Below, piece by piece: positions 1 through 7,289 of a DNA stretch of 23,293 nucleotides. Position 1 is the first letter of the stretch; every line of letters begins with the position of its first letter. A program made the translations under genes and the position numbers. Origin of the DNA: Nitrospinota bacterium (GTDB taxonomy: Bacteria > UBA8248); assembly GCA_030754595.1 (NCBI GenBank), contig JASLZZ010000100.1, forward strand, positions 1-23,293. The letters are read 5' to 3'. The notes beneath the pieces were generated by a model, which made no database searches, was not told the DNA's origin, and saw only the letters and a list, made by a program, of their open reading frames with translations.

Positions 1-119
1 TGCTCGGATACTTCGATCTGCTTGCAGGCCTCAGGTACGGTCTGTTCCTGAGAGAGCAGGACCTCGGCTTCTCTTAACTTGCCGATAATCTGCTCAGGCG
101 TATGACGCTTCCTGGACAT
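1..119 (-). CDS. IS3-family transposase OrfA, N-terminal part (runs off the window start)
   Basis: Reverse translation from ATG at 119 gives MSRKRHTPEQIIGKLREAEVLLSQEQTVPEACKQIEVSE, a typical IS3/IS407-group OrfA HTH start. Not in the ORF track because it is truncated. Confidence 0.9.
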   Translation of the reverse strand, partial: MSRKRHTPEQIIGKLREAEVLLSQEQTVPEACKQIEVSE

Positions 120-207
120 GAAAAATCCCCCCGATTCGGGCGGTCATGACGACAAAATACCGAAAACTCTCTCATCCAACATGGACCAATATGAGGGGGG
201 CACGTCA
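1..207 (-). mobile_element. Left end of an IS3-family (IS407-like) insertion sequence, IRL about 164-207
   Basis: The - strand from 207 reads TGACGTGCCCCCCTCATATTGGTCCATGTTGG, a TG-starting TGACnTGCCCCC end typical of the IS407 group, 88 bp upstream of the orfA start. Confidence 0.8.
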
Positions 208-579
208 TAAGAACCCAACTCGTTTAAACAGGAATTATGCGGCAACGCTCTCCTTTTAGCAAAATATGGCCTAATTTCCTTCATCTGCGGTGCTTCCCGC
301 CGAGAAGTCCATAAAGTCCGCAAAAAGATACACTATTGGGCGTCTCTTCCATCCAAATACACCATGAATAAAGGGTTTTCTCTATTTTGGGGCGCAATGA
401 TCCCTTCCCCTGCAGGTCCGACACCCCTTGCAGCCCCTCATCACCCGTAGCCGGGCACAGCCCGGTAGTAATGGGCCAAAGGGAAGGCCGGGGCGGAGGG
501 AAATTTTCGATGAAAGTGCTAAAATCCCCGCATATTTTTTTCCCGCTCCTTTCCGCAATCGCTCCACGGGAGAATTTAG

Positions 580-1587
580 TTGAAAATCGGCCTTCACATC
601 GGCCCCTTGAGGGAGTTCCCGCCCATCGACGAGTTCATGGATTTCGTCCAAAAGGCGGAGGACATGGGGTTCGACCCCCTGCTTTTCTCGGACACGGTTT
701 CACTTTCCCATTTCCGCATCCTCGATCTCCTTCCGGTCATGACCTTGGCCGCACAGGCGACCAGGACCGCCGCCGTCGGCGCCTGCGTCACCAACCCCGT
801 CACCAGACACCTCTCGGTGACGGCGAACGCCTTCGCCACAGTCGATCATATCGCCGGCGGGCGCACCGTGCTCGGCATCGGTTCGGGCGATACGGCACTC
901 TACCTTCTCGGAAAAAAGTTCGTGAACCTCGCGGGCATGCGCGAGACGTTGACTGTCCTGCGTGCGCTTCTCGACGGGGAGCCCGTCATCTACGAGGGCC
1001 AGGAGTTGTGCTCGAATTGGCGAAAATCCGATTTGCCGATTTTCCTCGCTGCGGACGGCCCGAAGATGCTGGCGCTGGGTGGTGAACTGGCGGACGGCCT
1101 CATCGTCGGGGCGGGTCTCTCTCCCGAGGTGATCGATTGGGTTCGGGGGTGCGTGGCCGAGGGAGAGGCGCGGGCGGGGCGCGGGCAGGGGACCACTCCG
1201 ATCTGGGTGGACGGGATCGTCAATTTCGGGCCCGACCGCGAGGCGGTGCGAAACGCCACCCGCCCGCGCATGTGCACGCGGGCCAACCATAATTTCCGCG
1301 TGGCCTATAACGCCGTTCCCGAGGGGCATCTGGCCGGAGTCAAGAATTTCAGGGAAAACTATAACGAGAGTGATGTCGGATTCAAAAATAAAAACGCCGA
1401 GCGCGTGACGGACTATCTCCTCGACCGGTTCGGTATCGTGGGCACCGAGTCCGATATAATCGAGCGCTTTGAAGAAGTCGCCGGCCAGGGGGTCGAGTCC
1501 TTTTTGGTCGCGATGCCGTTTGTTCTCGAGGAGCGCTTCAGGATTATCGATCTGCTGGCGCGGGAGGTGATCCCCCGTGTGGGATGA
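580..1587 (+). CDS. LLM-class (luciferase-like, Mer-type) flavin/F420-dependent oxidoreductase
   Basis: 335 aa, TTG start after GGGAG. Motifs AEDMGFD, VTNPVTRH, GRTVLGIGSGD, PIFLAADGPKMLALGGELADG. Confidence 0.9.
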   Translation: MKIGLHIGPLREFPPIDEFMDFVQKAEDMGFDPLLFSDTVSLSHFRILDLLPVMTLAAQATRTAAVGACVTNPVTRHLSVTANAFATVDHIAGGRTVLGIGSGDTALYLLGKKFVNLAGMRETLTVLRALLDGEPVIYEGQELCSNWRKSDLPIFLAADGPKMLALGGELADGLIVGAGLSPEVIDWVRGCVAEGEARAGRGQGTTPIWVDGIVNFGPDREAVRNATRPRMCTRANHNFRVAYNAVPEGHLAGVKNFRENYNESDVGFKNKNAERVTDYLLDRFGIVGTESDIIERFEEVAGQGVESFLVAMPFVLEERFRIIDLLAREVIPRVG

Positions 1588-1753
1588 GCGCGGTTGTTAG
1601 TAGCTCCTGATATATATTTCCGAAAATTATCCCGCCCCAGCTTTATCTGATTTACCCATCCAAATTCCCCCGTCCTGGGGAATCGCCGCTGCTTGAGGTT
1701 CCGTGTCTCTTCGACCCGATATCTCAGGCGCCAGTAATCAGAGGAGAAGCAAG

Positions 1754-2950
1754 ATGGTCAGCTTTGAACTGAGCGAGGAACAAAAAGGGATACAGAAACT
1801 TGCTCGGGATTTCGCGAATCAGTACATCCGGCCCTGGGCCGCCGAGGCCGACCTCGAACCGACGCCGGGGAAGAGCTTTGACTGGAACATCATCCGGAAA
1901 GGCAGTGAACTCGGATTCCGCACGCTGGCGGTTCCCAGCGAACTCGGGGGCGGCGGTGCGGATCTTCTGACGCTGTGTCTGGTCACGGAGGAGTTCGCGG
2001 CGGCGGATCCGGGGCTCACCGTGGCCTTCGATCAATGCTGGAAGTTCTCCCACCTCCTGGCGGAAAGCATCGGCGACGAACAACGCGAACGGTGGTTCCC
2101 TCTCTTCATGGATGATCCCGAATGCCTCCTCGCCATCGGGATCACGGAACCCGGCCACGGCTCGGACAGCTTCGGCCTCGTGTACGGCCCCAAGATCGGG
2201 ATCCAACTCGAAGCGAAGCGGGACGTAGACGACTGGGTTCTGAACGGCACGAAGCATTACATCGCCAACGGCAATATCGCCAAGATATATTTTATCATCG
2301 CCCGCACGGACAACGCCGTGGGCATCGACGAGGGCTGTACCTCATTCATCGTGGCGAAAGGGCATCCTGGCTTCAGCTTTGGCCGCTATCACGACAAGAT
2401 GGGCCACCGGAACGAGGTGAACGCCGAGTTGATCTTCGAAAACTGCCGAATCCCCGACCGCGACCGCGTTACGCCCATCGGGCAGGGTCTCAAGTTCCAG
2501 TCGGATTTGGCGAAAGGGAGTCATGTCGAGGCCGCCGCGATCGCGCTGGGCATTGCCCGGAGGGCGTTTGACGAGTCTCTCGAGTACGCCCGCAATCGGG
2601 TGCAGGGCGGAAAGCCGATCGCCGGGCACCAGTCGGTCCAGCTCATGCTCTCCGAGATGGCCATGCTCGTCGAGGCATCGCGGAATTTCGTCTGGCGAAC
2701 GGCGATCCGCGGCGAGGAGGAGCCTTTCGAGCCGCACTACTCTCTTCTTTGCAAACCGTTTGTCGCTGAGGCCGCTTTTAAGTGCGCCAAGATCGGCCTG
2801 GAGATTTGGGCGGGCATGGGTTACATGAAGGAAGCTCCCATGGAAAAAATCATGCGCGACGCCGCCGGGTACCTTCACTCTGACGGCTCGAACAAGGTTC
2901 ATCTCTTGAAAGCGGCCCAGTTCTTCTGCGGGCTTACGCAGAAGCACTGA
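1754..2950 (+). CDS. Acyl-CoA dehydrogenase family flavoprotein (non-canonical active site)
   Basis: ATG at 1754 after GAGGAG (MVSFELSEEQ). Motifs ITEPGHGSD, WVLNGTKHYIANG, KMGHR, YARNRVQGGKPI, GMGYMKEAPMEKIMRDA. Confidence 0.9.
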   Translation: MVSFELSEEQKGIQKLARDFANQYIRPWAAEADLEPTPGKSFDWNIIRKGSELGFRTLAVPSELGGGGADLLTLCLVTEEFAAADPGLTVAFDQCWKFSHLLAESIGDEQRERWFPLFMDDPECLLAIGITEPGHGSDSFGLVYGPKIGIQLEAKRDVDDWVLNGTKHYIANGNIAKIYFIIARTDNAVGIDEGCTSFIVAKGHPGFSFGRYHDKMGHRNEVNAELIFENCRIPDRDRVTPIGQGLKFQSDLAKGSHVEAAAIALGIARRAFDESLEYARNRVQGGKPIAGHQSVQLMLSEMAMLVEASRNFVWRTAIRGEEEPFEPHYSLLCKPFVAEAAFKCAKIGLEIWAGMGYMKEAPMEKIMRDAAGYLHSDGSNKVHLLKAAQFFCGLTQKH

Positions 2951-2978
2951 TTGTCTGTTTCTATGTGGAGGATTTTGA

Positions 2979-4013
2979 ATGAAAGCCTTGGTGCTCCATG
3001 AATCGGGAACCCCCCTTTCCCTTGAGACCGTTTCCGACCCTAAACCCGGTCCCGGGGATGTTGTCCTGCGCGTGCACGCCAACGCTCCCGATCAGCTCGA
3101 CGTCACGGTGCGCGCGGGCCGTTTTCCGGACACGAAAATCCCTTTGATTTTAGGCCACGAAATTGCGGGTGAGATCGTCGAACTTGGAAATTACGTAGAA
3201 GGCTGGCAAATCGGCGACCGGGTGATCCCCTACACCTATATCACCTGCGGAAACTGCCGATTTTGCCGCAATGGCCGCGAAACGCTGTGTCGTAATCTGA
3301 CGGGTTATATCGGCGTGCACGTCGACGGCGGTTATGCCGAATACGTGAAGGTCCCCGCCCGAAATCTCATCCCCATCCCCGAGGGGGTGAGCTACACGGA
3401 TGCGACGACGATCCCCAACGCCATCTCGACGTCCCTCCGTGCCATCAAGGGGCGTGCTGGCGTTCGGGCCGGGGATGACATCGTGATCGTGGGCGCGTGC
3501 GGCGGAGTGGGAATTCACGGTGTCCAGATCGCGAAGGTGTGCGGGGCGCGCGTCATCGCGGTGGACATCGACGATGAAAGGCTCAAGGCGGCAAAAGAGC
3601 TGGGCGCCGATCTGGTGGTAAACGGAATGAAAGAAGATTTCTCCGAGGCGGTGATGGATTTCACCGGCGGAAAGGGCGCCGAGGTGGTGATGGAATTCGT
3701 CGCCAATGATGCAACCATTCAGAAAAGTTTCGACTCTCTGGCCACGGCGGGAACACTCGTTTTCGTGGGGACCCAGCCCGGCTCCGCGTTTTCACCCAAC
3801 CCGCTTAAATTCGTGAGCGACGAATATGTTGTCACCGGCTCCCGGCACGTCAATCGGGCGGAACTCCAAGAGGCCGCCTCTTGGCTGGCGGAGGGTAAGG
3901 TGAAGCCCATTATCTCGGGCACCTATCCGTTGGAGGAAGGTGAAAAAGCACTCACAGCCGTCGCTGAAAACCGTGTGTTGGGCCGTGCGCTCATCCTCCC
4001 GACCCGCCCCTGA
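2979..4013 (+). CDS. Zn-dependent medium-chain dehydrogenase/reductase (alcohol dehydrogenase family)
   Basis: GGAGG RBS. Motifs PLILGHEIAG, structural-Zn CGNCRFCRNGRETLC, GGYAEY, Rossmann GACGGVG followed by VDID (NAD-type). Confidence 0.9.
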   Translation: MKALVLHESGTPLSLETVSDPKPGPGDVVLRVHANAPDQLDVTVRAGRFPDTKIPLILGHEIAGEIVELGNYVEGWQIGDRVIPYTYITCGNCRFCRNGRETLCRNLTGYIGVHVDGGYAEYVKVPARNLIPIPEGVSYTDATTIPNAISTSLRAIKGRAGVRAGDDIVIVGACGGVGIHGVQIAKVCGARVIAVDIDDERLKAAKELGADLVVNGMKEDFSEAVMDFTGGKGAEVVMEFVANDATIQKSFDSLATAGTLVFVGTQPGSAFSPNPLKFVSDEYVVTGSRHVNRAELQEAASWLAEGKVKPIISGTYPLEEGEKALTAVAENRVLGRALILPTRP

Positions 4014-4042
4014 TTGAAAGTGACCGCTTCAATCAGATTTTT
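4010..4042 (+). terminator. Putative intrinsic terminator after the ADH gene
   Basis: Perfect 9-bp stem CTGATTGAA (4010-4018) / TTCAATCAG (4028-4036) followed by ATTTTT. The stem is AT-rich. Confidence 0.45.
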
Positions 4043-4172
4043 GGAATCATGGGCGGAAGTCGAAGCGTAGGAGGATGCATTAAGCTGATGCTGTGGACAG
4101 TTTTAAATGGTCAGTCGGCGGGAAGGGGGCAAACCCTCAAAGAAAAAAGTCCTCGCAAGTCATTGAAAAAAT

Positions 4173-4237
4173 TGTCGATAATGCGTGGGAATCGAACCCA
4201 CCGACGAAGTGTCTAGCCTCGTCCACTGGATTTGAAG
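4173..4237 (-). pseudogene. selC: 3' half of a tRNA-Sec gene (probable att-site duplication)
   Basis: The - strand reads CTTCAAA (anticodon TCA), TCCAG TG, long variable arm GACGAGG-CTAGACA-CTTCGTC, G, T-arm GTGGG-TTCGATT-CCCAC, 8 nt GCATTATC, discriminator G, then ACA (degenerate CCA). No 5' anticodon stem, D-arm or 5' acceptor strand upstream. Confidence 0.8.
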
Positions 4238-4325
4238 AGCAAAACCATCGAATACGAGTATCCTCTCATGCCTCAGTAACATAGGGATTTCCATTGATAT
4301 CAAACAAGTTATTGGAAAGGAGCCT

Positions 4326-4385
4326 TTGCCTGAGTTGCCTGAGATTCGGTGCAATTTGCTGGTTGCGTAACAATTTCGTAGCAAT
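4326..4385. repeat. Short direct repeats next to the tRNA fragment
   Basis: TTGCCTGAG x2 (4326-4343) and CGTAACAAT / CGTAGCAAT at an 11-bp period (4366-4385). Confidence 0.6.
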
Positions 4386-4570
4386 AAAGCGTCGTTTAAA
4401 TCTCTTCTGAATTCTCGACCTCATGACTGCCAGTCAATTATGAGGAAGACAGAAAGGTAGAGAAATCAAGGGAATCCCAATAAGCACAATGAATTGCTGA
4501 ATCAGGATCTATGTCTGGTTGTTTATGGATATACCCCTTTAGGTGTGGCCAGCAGGAACGAAAACGGACA

Positions 4571-4585
4571 CGGATAATTTATCCG
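4571..4585. promoter_or_regulatory. Perfect palindrome, possible operator
   Basis: CGGATAA-T-TTATCCG. No cognate regulator is in the window. Confidence 0.25.
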
Positions 4586-4591
4586 ACTCGC

Positions 4592-4647
4592 ACCCCGCCT
4601 GAGCTAACCCCACCTGAGCTAAATAACGGCTCGGGCGGGGTTGTTTT
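4592..4647 (+). terminator. Terminator-like hairpin with a tandemly duplicated 15-bp left arm
   Basis: ACCCCGCCTGAGCTA + ACCCCACCTGAGCTA (4592-4621), either able to pair with GCTCGGGCGGGGT (4629-4641), followed by TGTTTT. Confidence 0.45.
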
Positions 4648-4682
4648 GTGTTCATGCGTGATCAAACCGGGGAGGGCCGCCT

Positions 4683-4732
4683 GTGGAGGGGGGACCCCCA
4701 GGCCTTCGAAGCAGGGGCTGAAGCCCCTCTAC
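4683..4732. repeat. GTAG-family REP-like element with a degenerate inverted partner (REPIN-like)
   Basis: The - strand of 4711-4732 reads GTAG-AGGGGC-TTCA-GCCCCT-GC. The + strand from 4683 reads GTGG-AGGGGGGACCCCC. Confidence 0.5.
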
Positions 4733-4768
4733 GATGCGCGGTTTTTTTTCTGGGTTACGGTTTCTGTG

Positions 4769-4818
4769 CCGAAAATCCCCTTTAGATTGGACCGGGTTTT
4801 TGAGGGGGGGGGAGATCA
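4769..4818 (-). mobile_element. Orphan IS3/IS407-like terminal repeat relic
   Basis: The - strand reads TGATCTCCCCCCCCCTCAAAAACCCGGTCCA...TTTTCGG and shares TGA, CCCCCCTCA, GGTCCA and TTTTCGG blocks, in order, with the IRL at 160-207. Confidence 0.5.
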
Positions 4819-4946
4819 GGATGTCTTTCGGCAGACTTGATTGCCATCTTCGCAAGAGGCACGGCCAGAAAGGGGACAAATTGGTCAGAATTTGGAAAAC
4901 TGAGGTTATTGTCGCATAATCTCGGTAATTCGCCATGCACACCCAT

Positions 4947-4980
4947 CCGGCGGCCTCCCCGGCGGCCTCCCCGGCGGCCT
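4947..4980. repeat. 12-bp tandem repeat CCGGCGGCCTCC x2.8
   Basis: Seen directly. It explains the PAAS repeats in the spurious N-terminal extension of ORF 4935. Confidence 0.85.
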
Positions 4981-5120
4981 TTCGGGCGGGAAACCTTGAC
5001 TGTCCCGCGAGCGGGAACTTAATCTCAATATATCCACGCGTTGGAAGCCTAGGATCTGAGGATGTCACGGACTCGCCGCTGGAGATTTTCTTGAGCGGCA
5101 AGGCAAGGGGGGGGTTGGCG

Positions 5121-6623
5121 ATGGAGACCCGGGTATTGGAAAAGACGAGGTATCAGCTTCACATCGGCGGCGAGTGGACGGACCCGATCTCGGGCGAGTG
5201 GTTCGATTCGCACGACCCCTACGCGGGCGAGGCGTGGGCCGAGGTCCCGCGGGGAAACGCTGAGGATGTCGACCGGGCGGTCGAGGCCGCGCACGCGGCC
5301 TTCACCCAGGGAGATTGGCCCAAGCTCAGGCCGACGGCGAGGGGGTCGCTCCTTCGCAAGCTCGGCGACCTCGTGGCCGATAACGCCGAGTCCCTCGCCC
5401 GGATCGAGGTCCGCGACAACGGAAAGCTCATCGCCGAGATGCTGGGCCAACTCCGCTACATCCCTCAGTGGTTCTACTACTACGGTGGCTTGGCCGATAA
5501 GATCGAAGGCTCGGTCCTCCCCATCGACAAGCCGGGCGTCTTCAACTACACGGTGCACGAGCCTTTGGGCGTCTGCGCCGCCCTCACCCCGTGGAACTCC
5601 CCACTGCTCCTCCTCGCCTGGAAGGTGGCGCCCGCCCTGGCGGCGGGAAACACCGTGGTGGCAAAGCCCTCGGAGTTCACCTCGGCCTCCACCCTCGCCT
5701 TCGCCGAGATCTTCTACCAAGCGGGCTTCCCGCCCGGGGTGCTCAACGTCGTCACGGGCTACGGCCCGGAGGTCGGCGCCACCCTCGTCGAGCATCCCGA
5801 GGTCGCCAAGATCGCCTTCACCGGCTCGGAGCCCACGGGCCAGAAGATTTACGAGGCCGCCGCCCGCGGCCTCAAGCGATGCACCCTCGAACTAGGCGGA
5901 AAATCGCCCAACATCGTCTTCGACGACGCCATCCTCGACGACGCAGTGAAGGGCGTGGTCTCGGGCATCTTCGCCGCAACCGGCCAGACCTGCATCGCGG
6001 GCTCGCGCCTCCTCCTCCAGGAGTCGATTCACGACGAGTTCACGGAGAAGCTGCTCGAACTGGCCCGTAGCGCCCGCATGGGGGACCCCTCCGACCTGAA
6101 CACCCAAGTGGGCCCCGCCACGACCCCCCCCCAATACGAGAAGATCCTCAAGTACATCGACATCGCCAAGGAGGAGGGGGCGAAGCTCGTCCTGGGCGGA
6201 GGGCCCGCCACCGGCCCTGAGTGCGGCAAGGGGGGATGGTTCATCCAACCCACCATTTTCACGGGCGTGACCAACGGGATGCGCATCGCCCAGGAGGAGA
6301 TCTTTGGCCCGGTGCTATCGGTGATCAAGTTCAAGGACGAGGAGGAGGCCGTCGAGATCGCCAACGACATCGTCTACGGCCTCGCCGCGGGCGTGTGGAC
6401 CCAGAACATCCGCCGCGCCCTTCTCATGGCCGACCGCCTCCAGGCGGGTACAGTCTGGGTGAACACCTACCGGGCGGTGAGCTTCACCTCCCCCTTCGGA
6501 GGCTACAAGCGCAGCGGCATAGGGAAGGAGAACGGCGCCGAGATGATCAAGGAGTACATGCAGGAAAAAAGCGTCTGGATCAGCACCGCGACCGAAGTCC
6601 CCAACCCCTTCGTGTTGCGGTAG
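5121..6623 (+). CDS. NAD(P)-dependent aldehyde dehydrogenase (DhaS-like)
   Basis: Start moved to ATG 5121 (METRVLEKTRYQLHIGGEW). Motifs PWNSP, KPSE, FTGS, LELGGKSP (catalytic Glu), GQTCIAG (catalytic Cys), EEIFGPV, PFGGYKRSGIGKE. Confidence 0.95.
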   Translation: METRVLEKTRYQLHIGGEWTDPISGEWFDSHDPYAGEAWAEVPRGNAEDVDRAVEAAHAAFTQGDWPKLRPTARGSLLRKLGDLVADNAESLARIEVRDNGKLIAEMLGQLRYIPQWFYYYGGLADKIEGSVLPIDKPGVFNYTVHEPLGVCAALTPWNSPLLLLAWKVAPALAAGNTVVAKPSEFTSASTLAFAEIFYQAGFPPGVLNVVTGYGPEVGATLVEHPEVAKIAFTGSEPTGQKIYEAAARGLKRCTLELGGKSPNIVFDDAILDDAVKGVVSGIFAATGQTCIAGSRLLLQESIHDEFTEKLLELARSARMGDPSDLNTQVGPATTPPQYEKILKYIDIAKEEGAKLVLGGGPATGPECGKGGWFIQPTIFTGVTNGMRIAQEEIFGPVLSVIKFKDEEEAVEIANDIVYGLAAGVWTQNIRRALLMADRLQAGTVWVNTYRAVSFTSPFGGYKRSGIGKENGAEMIKEYMQEKSVWISTATEVPNPFVLR

Positions 6624-6768
6624 ACTGTGCCGCCGACCTCTTGGAGGGTGCGCCTCGGGTTGTGTCTTCGGGCGGACTTGTTGGCGTTCTTTGCAGGACC
6701 ACGGCCATGGGGAAGATAAACAGGATTTAGGCAGGACGCCATCCCGTCAAGAATGCCTCGGTGAAATC

Positions 6769-6840
6769 TGACCTTCCCCCAATGGTTATGTCACTCACCT
6801 ATGGGAATTTAGCTTCAAACCCTCTTGTCCCACATGGACC
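6769..6840. mobile_element. Collapsed IS3-like end relic
   Basis: TGACCTTCCCCC at 6769 matches the IRL terminus TGACGTGCCCCC at 10/12. Positions 6817-6840 match the inner IRL segment 164-187 at 20/24. Confidence 0.5.
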
Positions 6841-7103
6841 GGTTTATCGAAGCGTTTTTTCAGCTCTTACTTAAGCCACCGCGCGGCCTCTTTGTTGATT
6901 GGATCGGTCATGATGATCCCGTCCGATGTGACGAGAAAAACCCCAAAGTGGAAATTGTCCTGGTAGCGGTAAAGATCGGTGGCGATTTTCTTGTCCGAAC
7001 GCTTTGGGGCTTTTCGGGCGGCACTTGCGGGGTGCGGATAGCTGCCACCTGCCGCGGCAAGGCCCAGCGCAATCACTAAACTCCATCCAAGCTTGAAATT
7101 AAT
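6837..7103 (-). pseudogene. Truncated secreted MBL-fold metallo-hydrolase
   Basis: AAGGAG then ATT at 7103 (probably a decayed ATG), a signal peptide, then IATDLYRYQDNFHFGVFLVTSDGIIMTDPINKEAARWLK*ELKKRFDKPV. Similarity continues past the TAA at 6867-6869 and ends just before the expected HxHxDH motif. Confidence 0.75.
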
Positions 7104-7289
7104 ACGGTCTCCTTGATTATCCGGCGGCAAATGGTGGCTCCGGCCAAGTCTCCTGGAGAGAAGGATTTGATTGAATAGAAACGTAACTTTACCAGAGTAA
7201 CCAGGCATGGCCCAGAAATATTCCGCTATCATCCTAGGCTTTACATGCCGGAAGATGTCGGGCAGAACAGGGCAATAAGGGGGTTTTTC

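Noticed and set aside
4120..4165. c-di-GMP-I riboswitch (GGCAAACC)
   Set aside because: The GAAA-capped stem and the GACGCAAAG segment are missing.
4173..4275. Intact tRNA-Sec gene
   Set aside because: The 5' side lacks a strand complementary to TCCAG, a D-arm and an acceptor partner, and CCA reads ACA.
4326..4980. CRISPR array
   Set aside because: The repeats are short tandem units with no spacers, and no cas genes are present.
4935..5120. N-terminal extension of the ALDH (562-aa ORF)
   Set aside because: It consists of a DNA tandem repeat and non-homologous sequence. ALDH similarity starts near ATG 5121, which has a purine-rich RBS.
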